Assembly: GCA_964187785.1 (NCBI GenBank)
Contig: OZ076410.1
Coordinates: 85,312,001 to 85,376,000, forward strand
Length of the DNA: 64,000 nt
Direction: 5' to 3'
Source: Amphiscolops sp. MND2022
Lineage: Eukaryota
In this document: piece after piece, positions 11,131 through 23,100 of the stretch
Position numbering within the stretch: position 1 is the stretch's first letter
Layout: each line of letters opens with the position of its first letter
Position numbers and translations under genes: made by a program
The notes under the pieces: generated by a model
Seen by the model: only the letters and a program-made list of their open reading frames with translations
What the model was told of the DNA's origin: nothing
The model's database searches: none

Positions 11131-14100
11131 CTGAAAAACAATCTGGTCACTTTTAGCTTGACTGTTGTTACTGTAACAGTGTGGTGTGAAAACCAAACCC
11201 GGGTTTCCCGACCAGGCCGATCATAATCTGATCATATAATGGCACCAAAGAAATCATGCAAATTTCCTTAATATGATCTTGCCATGATCGGCCTGGAATC
11301 ACATATGGTCAAGAGTAAGATCGGCTTGGAATCATATAATGGTCCAGAGTATGATCGGCCTGGAATCACACATGGTCCAGATTATGGTCAGCCTAGATAC
11401 ATAAATTTTTGTTCCAAACGTGTGTTGACGTGATATGTGTCGCAGGCTGCCACCTGTGATGGAACCAAAATCATCACCACCACCACAGGTCAGGAATCAG
11501 TACCGGGCACTCTGCCAATATTTTAAAACTCAAAATATTAAAACTTTTATCTTGTTTTTTCATCTCAATGATCTGGAGTTACTAGTTATTTTCATTTTGT
11601 TTACTAGTATGTATTATTTAGTCTGTTATTATTACAGTTTAGCAAGGCTAAAGTGAGTGTTGAGAATAGCAATAATTGTGCTATGCGTTAAAATAGACGT
11701 AATATGAATTGAAAGCAACTGTAAAGCAGCAAAGGAAACGTGTTCGAGTGATGTACAGTGCTACGCCGGAAACGTCACTTGAGCACGTTGTCCTGACCAA
11801 TCAGAGTGCAGTATCTATTTTGTTTCGATTACGTAAATTATTGGCCGAGTAAGGCCAGTTGACGCGATATTATTCTTTTCACTTAGCTTCCTAGTCAAAT
11901 GGCCGATTCCGACTACTTTGTGCGAAATATAGTAAAATCAAGCAAGTAATTAACCAGTGCTAGTGTACTATCACCCTCTGAACCAATTAAACGCTCTTGT
12001 GCAGTAATATTATTTCAAACTTTATGATATTTAATGATGCTTGTTTAGTACAAGGCAGTTGACCTATTTCGGCCTTTGTTATTGAATGGTCTTTTAATCT
12101 AATATCCATACTGGGCCATATTGCTGGGTTTCCTTCATTTATAATGTATGTAGTGACGTTATAAGTTTGTCAATTTTACGCATCCGCGTAAGGACGAGAC
12201 TCTGAGTAGTTTACATTCCTTTCAATGTAAACACTTCAGGAATGTTAACATTGATATGCTGTCAAAGTGTAGTTTGTTTGATGTAATGATGTTGAATTCC
12301 TCCGCCTCTCTTTGATGGCAAGGTTGATGATTGAAAAGTGTGCTTGAAAATATTTCCACAACTTATGAAGGCCTCAAACAATGTGACCATGAATGGATTG
12401 TGAGTAAATTCCCTTCATCCATATCAGGACAGATTCTTGAACCACTTTGATGTAGCTATCAGCGCTAAAACATTGTTGATAGATGACCATGATCATGTGC
12501 TTTTTATGAAAACTTGTATATGATTAGTAATGTAAGGAATGTGAGTGTCATCCTCTCAAAGGTATAAAAACTGGCATTTTCCTTGAGAAGGAGACAAGTT
12601 CTTTTATGTTTCTACTCTTCAGTTTGATTATTATCCAGTTTTGAAACATCACGTTTTCCGGTCAAACTAATTTACTATTTTGCTCGGATTTTCTTCAATG
12701 CGTACGACCAGGAAACCGAAGATTGCTAGAAAATCAAGAGGACTCGAAATGTTCTCAGACATTGAAAACCTAGACATCATGTTAGGAGGAAATCACTTTA
12801 ACGCAAGGGAAAGAGATGAGTGCCTGAACTGTAACTTAGCTACAAGGCCCGAAAGCGCCATTAGCAATGATCTTGAAAACGATCATGAAAACGCTCATGT
12901 GAATCCAAGAGTTATTGATTCTGGCAATTGTGCCGAGTCAGACCAAAATTCAGCCACCGCTAACTCTGGTGCTGAGATAAATAGACTGTCTAGCGAATTG
13001 AACTCGAGATTATCAAGAGAGTTAGATGAGACGATGGGTAGTGTCAACACTCAGATCCAAAGGGCTATCAGTAATGCAATAAGTAACCAGATTTTGCCTC
13101 AGATTCAAACTGCCCTAAGTGCCGAATCAGGTCACCTGACACAAAATAAAAGGAACGTTCCGTTCGAGAGACCAGAAGGTAATCCCGAAGAAACCTATAG
13201 TGAGAGTACCAAGAAAAATAATGGATGTGAGCAACGTAATGATTATCAAAAGGATAGTCAATCACAGCCGCGTGTTTACGACATGGTGACATGAGAAAAC
13301 GAATCTCCAATCCAAGTTCCCGAGTTTCTCACGGGACGAATGCCTTCAAGGAATCATCTCAACCAATCTTATGATGATCTTAATCTTGACACAACGATCC
13401 CAGCACAAGACAGACCCGGCCCGGCTGTTGAACCAGACACCATTGGCCGATTAGCAGACGTCTTGACAAGTATGCAGAATCGGCCAGCAGCCCAACAACT
13501 CACTATACGCCCGGTCAACTCTAATACAATGACCTTTGACGGCAAAAGCGAGAATTTTGAGCTGTTCGAAGATCTCTTCCACACTATGATCAAGATGCAA
13601 CCTGAGATGTCTGAGCAGATGAAAATTAACCAATTTCATTCATTTTTGAGAGAAAAAACGCTCTGCAAACACTCAGGAACATCAGTACGGCTAATAGACA
13701 AACTCTTGAGGACGTATTAGTCTTATTTAGACGAAAATACGTCAAGCCTGAATCACAAGCGACTGCCAAACACAAATTGCACCGCTTGGTTTTTGACCCT
13801 AACACAATGAAGCTACAAGACTTCCTTGAGGAATTAAACCAAGGCGCAGAAAAGGCGTTTGGAGACAACGCTCAAAAGATGATTGACAGTCTCCTATACG
13901 CAAAACTACCGCCGAAATTGAAGCGATCAGTCAACATGGCCAGATTAGAAAAAGGCTCATATGACGAGATAGTTGCTCATTTAGAGAGAGAACTAGAGCT
14001 TATTGCCCTTGAGGAGTCAGATGATCTACCCTTGGCAACAATGACCACCTCATCATCTAAGCCTAAAACCCCTCTCTCCACCGGGCAAACGTCCGACATC

Positions 14101-17100
14101 ATCTGCACTTTTTGCAAGGAAGAAGTATATATGGTCAAGGACTGTGACAAAATCAAAAAGAAGAAAGAGAAAGATGCCCAACAAAGGCAAAACTACTCAG
14201 ATGAAAACATACCCGAAATGCAGGACTTGTGGCAAAACCAATCACCCAGAGGAACGGTGTTGGCAAGGTGACGGAGCGCATCTCAAACCTAAGCGCACCA
14301 GACCTGAGGATTCGTCTGATAACGATCCTGACTCAAAACCCTCAAAACCCATCATAACCCAACATCGTCCAAATCTCAGTCGTCATCCAAGAAAGACGAA
14401 TCAAAACACTAGCTTCTCTACGACCCCAATACGACCAACTAGTCTCTGTCCGACAATGCATCCAACGCAAACTTTCTACAATTAAAAACAACAATTGATG
14501 GGCTATCCTTCTCTTGTCTGGTCGCGGCAGATGGAAAAAGCTATCATTATTACTTATAATAACACCCATTTGTTTCAAAAACCAACTCCTGTCTGGGATC
14601 TTGATTACACAACAACCTTCACTACCCGATTCAGACCAATACCCTTAATTGATGACTACAATCCAACGTATATCGACCCAGACTACGGCAGAGATCCCTA
14701 TTGGGACACTGAGCTTTATAACCAAGACCTATTACATTTTCAATATGTCCTAGATGACATTGAAAACTATAATACAACAGCCCACGAGAATCCTCAGATA
14801 ACCCATAACAGGAAAACAAGAGCGCTGATCGAAAACTGGCAGATGAATGACGGTACCAAACATCCAGTGTTCCAAAACCCCTTGGGAACCGAAAATTCCG
14901 AAAACAAAGATGAAATGACTCCTCAATCACTACTGAACGAAAAACAATTCCAAAATGTCCTCATTACCAAAGAAAGTGAACCAGACTGTATACCGCTGTC
15001 AACCAATATAAACCTCGAATGCACCAAGTGTATGTTGTATTTCCCAACGGACTTTGGGGATATGACCATAGACGGCCTAATAGACACTGGGCCATTATCC
15101 AGTGCAATTCCCGAAATGGACCTCCGGAAAATTCAACTCCTTTCATCACAATCCGTTATCCGGGAGGTCCGCCTCCGAACTTTCAAATAATGGTCTCAAA
15201 TGGGCAATTAGAAACTCCTAAAAGTAGTATAGAGCTCAGGTTTGAGGTTGGTGACATTGAGTTCCACAAAATCTTCATAGTAATGGAGAATTTGACGCGA
15301 CCAATCGTTGATCTAATGTGCTTTCAGAGAAACCACGCAGTTTTGGACTTGAGGCAAGGAATTTTGAGTTTCCCGTTCCTTTCGATGCAGTTCAAAACAG
15401 CTGACCACCGATACTGTAATGTCTTGAAGCCAATCCTCAACCCGACTGAAATCACCATTCCACGGAATGACAGAGTCCTAATCAGGACAAATTCCTTACT
15501 CTACCCTGAGAACACTGTCACGGGCATACTGCAACCAAGTGACCTGCTACACGAAGAAGGCGACATATTTCACAGATCACCTCAACAAACTCAAGAAGAG
15601 ACTCCATATTGCCAGTTTCTCTGTCATGACACCATAACAAATGAAGTACGTCAAATCGGTTGATCCGGCATCGACCTGGCATCTTTTACAAAATGACCAA
15701 GAACAGGCAGCCCATTATGTCAGCATTCTCATCAAGACCAATAAAAATCCACACAAGACAGAAAACTATTGGTTCCCAACTCCGGAGAACACAGGCAACC
15801 CGGAAGAACACACGCCAATTCAGAAACGAATACTACGGGAACTACTGGCCCTACAGGACCTGGAGACTCTAGACCCGACTAAAGATGAGGAATCTAGGGC
15901 AAATTTCCTAGAAAAGTTTGCTTGGAAGGATTCCACTTTAACCACGGACGAAAGGGCAAAAATTGAAGAACTAATAAAGGAATTCCATGATATGTTTGCG
16001 AGACACAGATTTGATATAGGCATGAATGAGGAATTCAAGGTGAAACTGACGCCCAAGGACGATTCCCCAGTCTATAGCCAGAGCCTCCCAGCGCCAATAA
16101 ACTTAAAGGAGGACATCCTAGTCGAACTGACAAGGCTGCATAAATATGGAATATTCACTACTTTGCCATTCTCGAAATACGCCAGCACGATATTTGCGCA
16201 AAAGAAGCCAAATGGGAAACTACGACTACTGGTTGACTTGAGAAAAATCAACAGCCTAATCTCCGATGATTATATAAACAATAATCACCCCGTCAGTACC
16301 CTACTTGATGCCGCCCTACTTATGGCAGGCAAAAAGCACTTTTGTCATTTAGACTCTTCCCAAGCGTATCACTGCCTTCAGATGGCTGACCAACGATCAA
16401 TTGAGATGTTAGCCTTCAACTTTGCAAGCCGCACATTTGCCTACAGGCGTTTGGCACAAGGTATTATTCGGGCGCTATCCGCATTCTCCAGTTTTATGCG
16501 AGAATACTTTGATAAGGTTATCAAAGCGGATCAGTGTGCATAGTATGTGGACGATATCGGCATCGCAGCCAACGACGCTGATCATCTCATCGCTAACCTG
16601 AGAGCAACCATCAAATGCATTCAGGAAGTTGGCCTTAAATTGACAATGCACAAGTGCCATTTTGGTGCTACAGAGATCGATTTCCTTGGACGAACGATTC
16701 GCCCACAATGCGTCAAACCCCAAAGGCACAATGTTCAAAACTTTTTTGAAAAAACTAAATTTCCGAAGTCGAAAAAGGCTTTACTACGGTATTTGGGATT
16801 CTTGAACGTTTACAGAAACTACGTCCCAAGGCTTTCCGAACACCTTGCTCCATTCTACAAGATGCTGAAGTTTGACGAAAAAGTCCTAGTATCAAAAGAA
16901 TTGGTTCAGCAATTTGAAGAAATCATCCGAGCACTAGACAAATGTTGCGACTTAGCCCCACAACAGCTGATTCCGAACAAACGAATCGCACTGATTACAG
17001 ATGCAAGTTTTGGCGCCGCTGGATATGCAGTGCTAATTGAAGATGACCCAATCAGAAATTCACTTCAACCCGCAAATCCTATGCACCAGTCGCCTACGGT

Positions 17101-20100
17101 TCCAAAACGTTCAGTCCCGCCCAGATAAAGATGTCCATATACGCAAAAAATTTTCCTGCGACTCATTTTGCATTCAAAGAATTTGGGCATTTTTTCTGGG
17201 GCGCGCCGAAATCGGTCATTATCCTAACGGACAATAAAACCGTCACTCTACTTTTCCAAACGATAATCGTACCACCAGCCCTGTGGAATGCATGTGACTT
17301 TGTCATACAATTCATTGTTGTCATAGCGCACATCCCAGGGGCACAGACTACGGCAGCGGATCACCTATCCCGATTAGAATCTGACCAAGGACAAATTAGT
17401 CATGAAAATCCGCGAGGATGTGCAAACACAACCGATTGAAATCAATGTCCAATCAGCAGGAGTCTCACAAGATAAACAAATCTTCTACACGAATGATGAC
17501 GATGAGACAGAAGAACAATACTGGGTGCGGAAAAAAGCAATCAGGGAAAATCCCGCCATACACGAACCTACCATAACAATACAAACACTGTCAACAAATT
17601 TGATCAAACAACAACCTGAGGTCCAAGCCCGACTACGGAAAACGAACCAGATAATTATTGAGCAATCCAAAGATGCAGTATTACAGCAATTGAAAGCAAA
17701 ACTCCTTCATGAAGATTTTTCCGAAAACGTGCTGCAACAAGATTCTCGATACCGACATTACGCAAGCAATTTAGAACGAATTGTAATCAAGGAAGAGACC
17801 CTGGCTAGGCAAAACTTCGACGAAACACGGAATGTAAAATACCCTCAGAGTCTACTCCCGCAGCATTTGCTCCAGGACTTCCTTCAGTCCCTTCACGGGA
17901 CTGCTCACAAGCACCCTGGCATATCAAAGATGCTGCAGGAGATCAAACAGAGGTTTTACTACCCTAACATGGCGAAGTACGTTAAAAAGTGGGTAGAAGG
18001 GTAGAAGGGTGCAAACAATTCGCGCGGGTCAAGCGCGTTCCCAATGCAACGATTACGCCTGAACTACTTAACTTGCCGGAATGGGACCTTGGACCCGAAG
18101 ACGCCACGCAGATTGACCTATTGCCGAACGTTCCCCCAAGTGGAGGATCTGAAAATGTTCTAACCGCAATTGATGTCTTCTCTCGATATCTGTTCGCTTA
18201 TCCTATTATGGACGCTTCAGCAATTAATGTAGCAAAAGTGCTCGTTGATGTAATGACGAAACATGCGAAGTTACCAACAACGCTAATTCCGACAAAGGAA
18301 CTGCTTTCACTTCCACGATTATTGCGGAAATCACGCAATTTTTGGGAATTACACTCAAATGCGCAACAACTAAACATCCGCAAACAATCGGAAAATTGGA
18401 GCACATGCTTCAATTAGGACGAATCTAAAAATGGCATGTGGAGAATATCGCCGACAAGGGTATAAATATCTGCCATTAGCAGTTCTCAATCACAATACGA
18501 GCTATCACGCCAGCATTGGTTGTGAGTCAACAAGAGTAATCCATGGACGAGTTCCATACAATATCTTGGATCACAAACTTGGAAACAATCCAAACGACGA
18601 GATCACTCTTACAACTGAATTCGCGGAAGACGTCCAGAACCGGACAAGTGTGCGGTGGTGTCGAAGTATTTCTTCAGTTCCCTTGGACCCTATGGAGAAA
18701 TTTTGAAATTTTTCTTGCAGATGTGACACAACACCATGTAGGTATTATGGAGTGGGTCAGCAGTGCCAGATATAAACGACCGTGTCCACCCTATTTTAGC
18801 GAAAAACGCCTTCCGCATGGGAACGCCGCGTTCCTGTACCCGTTTGGATCTTTTGGTCGCCCTGACGTTCTTTTGACTGTGGGCTTGCTCTTCCAGGGTT
18901 TGATCTCTAACTTCCAACAGTGTTGCATCCTGGCTGCTAAACTCAGAAGATTCGGAGTCATGTCTGGCTTGGTCCACATTGGATGCTGTACTAGTGGCGG
19001 CTGTTTGTGGGGACGCTTTGACTTTTGGAAGGACTCAGCAATGAGCGCCATCTCACCCGCGCTGTCACTTTCCCCGAATGATGAGGATTGTCTTGACTCT
19101 CCCTGGTCCGATAACCCGGGGATATCAAAGTTAGCAGAAGTCATCTGTCCAGAGTCAGAGTCACTGGAATCTTTTCCAGGATCTCGAAAGGGTGTTGATG
19201 CCCTGACTTGACTTCGGAAAAGCCCTGTTCTGGAGGGGGCAACAGCAGGTTTTCCTTTTACAGCTGACAGTACCATCTGCTCCATAGTAGAATAGGACAT
19301 CCTGAGGGTCTCATCACTCATAACCCTCAGAAGGTGGTACAACTGTGGCTCAGTAAGGGCGACAGTCGGATGTCCTTGTGGCAAGTTGAACGCCTTAGCC
19401 TTACCAAAATAAGTCTTTAGTATGGCCCGGCTTCTTCCAGACAGTTCAAGTAAATCGTCAGCGGTATTCTTGAAAGCCGAAGTGGAAGGTCCGTTTGCCG
19501 ATGAAGTCCCGGCGTGAAGGTCAGACTCATTGCTTGCCTCCGTGCCAGATTCAATATCCACTGGTATCTTGCCATTTAATGAAGGGCAACTGCTGAGGCT
19601 GGCTCTATCCACGGTTTTCTCCCCTTCACTGAAATCGTCGAGGAAATGCACCCTTGGGATAGTGCGGGTCAATTCAGGGAACTCACATGACGAGGATGCA
19701 TTGTCTTCCTCTGGCGGCAACGGCGGGGCGTCTTCATGTCCTTGGTTCGTGCCCAAAACCGGAACTAGCTCGGGCAATTCAGTACTAGTGACATTTGCTA
19801 GGTGTAATGCGGACTCTAATTGAGACAAATTGGCTGGCGCATCAATTTCCCCATCGAAAGATGTTGGGGTGCTAGTCCGCAAAGGAACAGGAGTTAACTC
19901 CATGCCAGGGTTGTTCTGGGTGGTGACAACTTCAGGCTGAATCTCTGGTAACCCTGTTGTTTCTTGTGTGCCTGCTGCTTGGGCCTGTTCCAAGCGTTGA
20001 ACCATTTCATTGGCGTAGGAAAATACATCGACATTACTGTCCCTCTGAAAGGAGAATTGATGGCCTCAACGTTGGTTTGGCCAGTTTCAGTGAGCATCTG

Positions 20101-23100
20101 TTCCTGAGGAAGCCGTTCTTGTGGCGTTACAGAAGATACAGTTGGAATCGGCGGGGTATTGGCCAGTCGAGATGAGGAAACGAGTGGGGGAAACGGGGGA
20201 GGAGAGAAGACTTTCTCCTGCACTGAATCAGGATTCGGACCAAGTTCTGGTGTCTCAAAATCTTCAGTATTCTGTTTATCTAAACATACTGAAATGAAAT
20301 TTGGCGGTGAGCTTCCTTGAAAGAAATCTATCTTGCCGCATTAGAAACCTTCTAGAAGTACTACAGGAAATTGAATGAACGTTACCACGTGTTCGTTGAT
20401 GGAAACAGGAAGCATTTTGTGAAGAAATTAACCCTGATCAAAATAATTTAGTTCAAAATAGAAATCCATAGCAACCTGTGTTTGAAGACATTTTCTTGCT
20501 CCGTTATTGTCATCCAGGAAGCTGTCCTTGTATGGCTAATTGCTGTGTTGGGATTTAGCCAAATTTGGTCCAATTGGAGAGTAGGCCCAGAAAATTCCAA
20601 AGCAAGGGGAGTTAGACAATGAAGTTGAAGAGAGATATGGCGAAATATAAGAATCGGGAATACAAATCTAAGAAGGATGCAATTTGTAATTGGAATTAGA
20701 TTAAAGTAACAATTGGAAAGATTGAGAGTTGGAGTTCGTGGCTGAAGAAATTACCAGACTAATATTATATGGTTATCTACATTTTTAAAAATGTACATGG
20801 CGTCTGCCAGCGAAATGTACAGGAAATGCTTAATTATTTACTTTGTTATTAGGAGCCGACTATGGGCATTCACCCTACTTCATTTTGCCGTTTCGTTCCG
20901 TTATCCCTATTATCTTAGTTAGTACTCCGCCATTTTGAATTATCAAGACTTCTTACTTTTCGCCAATTTATTGTTCATTTTTCAAACTTATCAAAGCTTA
21001 ACCATGATTGGCTGAAGCCATTTTGAAAGAAATCAGAGGCGCGTGCTGTTAATTGCCTCCAAACGACCCGTTAATTACCCACTCAAGACGAGTGTATTTG
21101 TTGTTACCAACTCAAGCACCGCTTACACCTCTTCTGGTGATGCAGTTGATGAGGGGTAAATACCAATATATCAAAGAACGCCGACTGATGAAGAAATTCC
21201 ATTCAAGAAAGTTTACATCGGATCAGGACGATTAACCGAGGATTTAACCGCCGAATTGAAATTACCGGGAAATGGTCCGATTTGGCTTGCCTCAAGAATT
21301 TCGATAAATTCATTCCACCCTGAAATCTTGCCTAACTTAGTCGCTAAGGAAACTAATTATGCACAGATTTAACATCTCAAAGAAACTCTTTGATTTTGAA
21401 GAAGATAGCTCTGAAGGATCGGCTGACTCAGTAGTATACATCTCAAGTGTTGAAGAAGTGGATGAAGTATCGGACTGCTGGGACACAGACTGGTCTACGG
21501 ACACAGAGGCATTGATCAAGAGAATTGAACGGGAAGTGAAATCGAGCCCAATCTTAATCGGGGGACGCATCATGACTACAGAGGGTCTAGACGACGAAAT
21601 GGAAGCGGGACCAAGCAACCCACAACCGATTCCTCCATCTACCCCCAAATTGGGTTTTAAATACTTTGACGAGAAACTGTGCTACGCGCCCTCTAGAAAG
21701 TCAACGAAACCCAAGATTGAACTATGCAGTATTGTTCTTCCAGTCTTGGAATCTCCCATGTCTCCCGCAGAACACGAAAAAGGGCCTTCTCAGGACACCC
21801 CGATGCCTTGTCCTACTAGTTCGACTTTCCACGCGTCCTACCACATCCAAAATGTCCAACCGTATGCAGACTTGGGCAATCAGAGATGCCTTACCTGCAT
21901 GGTGTGCGGCAAATCTGTAGAAGAAATTAAAAGACAAAAGACGGACTGGTATATGGAACGCTCTACACCACGCAGTGAGCCAGCTTATATTACAACTGTT
22001 AGAAGACAAGCTTACGAGAACGGGTTAAACGCCGGGATTTTGCTTTTTTGGCGCACGCTGTGTCGCAGGCTGCCGCCTGTGATGGAACCAAAATCACTAC
22101 CACCACCACAGGTCAGGTATCAGTACCGGACACACTGCCTAGATTTTAAAACTCAAACTATTAAAACTTTTATCTTGCTTCTTCATTTCAATGATCTGGA
22201 GTTACTAGTTATTTTCATTTTGTTTACTAGTTTGTGTTAATTAGTCTGTTAATATTACAGTTTAGCAAGGCTGAAGTGAGTGTTGATAGTTGCAATCTTT
22301 GTGCTATGCGTTAAAATAGACGTAATACGAATTGAAAGCAACTGTAAAGCAGCAAAGGAAACGTGTTCGAGTGATGTACAGTGCTAAGCCGGAAACGTCA
22401 CTTGAGCACGTTGTCCTGACTAATCAGTGCGCAGTATCTATTTTGTTTTGATTACGTAAATTAATGGCCGAGTAAGGCCAGTTGACGCAATTTCATTCCT
22501 TTCACTTAGCTTCCTAGTCAAATGGCCGATTCCCGCTACTTTGTGCGAAAAAAAGTGAAAACGCCAAACAAGCATGTAATTAACCAGTTCTAGTGTACTA
22601 ACTTTCTCTGTACCGATTAAACGCTTTTGTGCAGTAATATCATTTCATACTTGTTTTTAATTGTTAATCAATAACACTTTATGATATTTAATGATGCTTG
22701 TTTAGTACAAAGCAGTTGACCTGTTTCGGCCTTTGTTATTGAATTGCCTTTTAATCTAATGGCCAAACTGGGCAATATGGCTGGGTTTCATTTATTTATA
22801 ATGCATGTTGTGACGTTATTAGTTTGTCATTTTTACGCATCCGCGTAAAAACGTGACTCTGAGTAGTTTACATTCCTTTTACTGTAAACACTTCAGGAAG
22901 GTAAAATTGATATGCTGTCAAAATGTAGTTCGTTTGATGTAATGCTGTTGAATTACTCCGCCTCTCTTTGATGGCAAGGTTGATGATTGAAAAATGTGCT
23001 TGATTATATTTCCACACCTTATGAAGGTCCTAAACAATGTGACCATGAATGGATTGTTTGTAAATTCCTTTCACCCAGATCAGGACAGATTCCTGAACCA

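Noticed and set aside
8813-11398. Tandem 11-bp and 33-34-bp repeats as CRISPR arrays
   Set aside because: No unique spacers, no cas genes, and eukaryotic intronic context.
12000-12600. Hidden ORF in the middle of the long LTRs
   Set aside because: The frames I translated have frequent stops, many shared by both LTRs.
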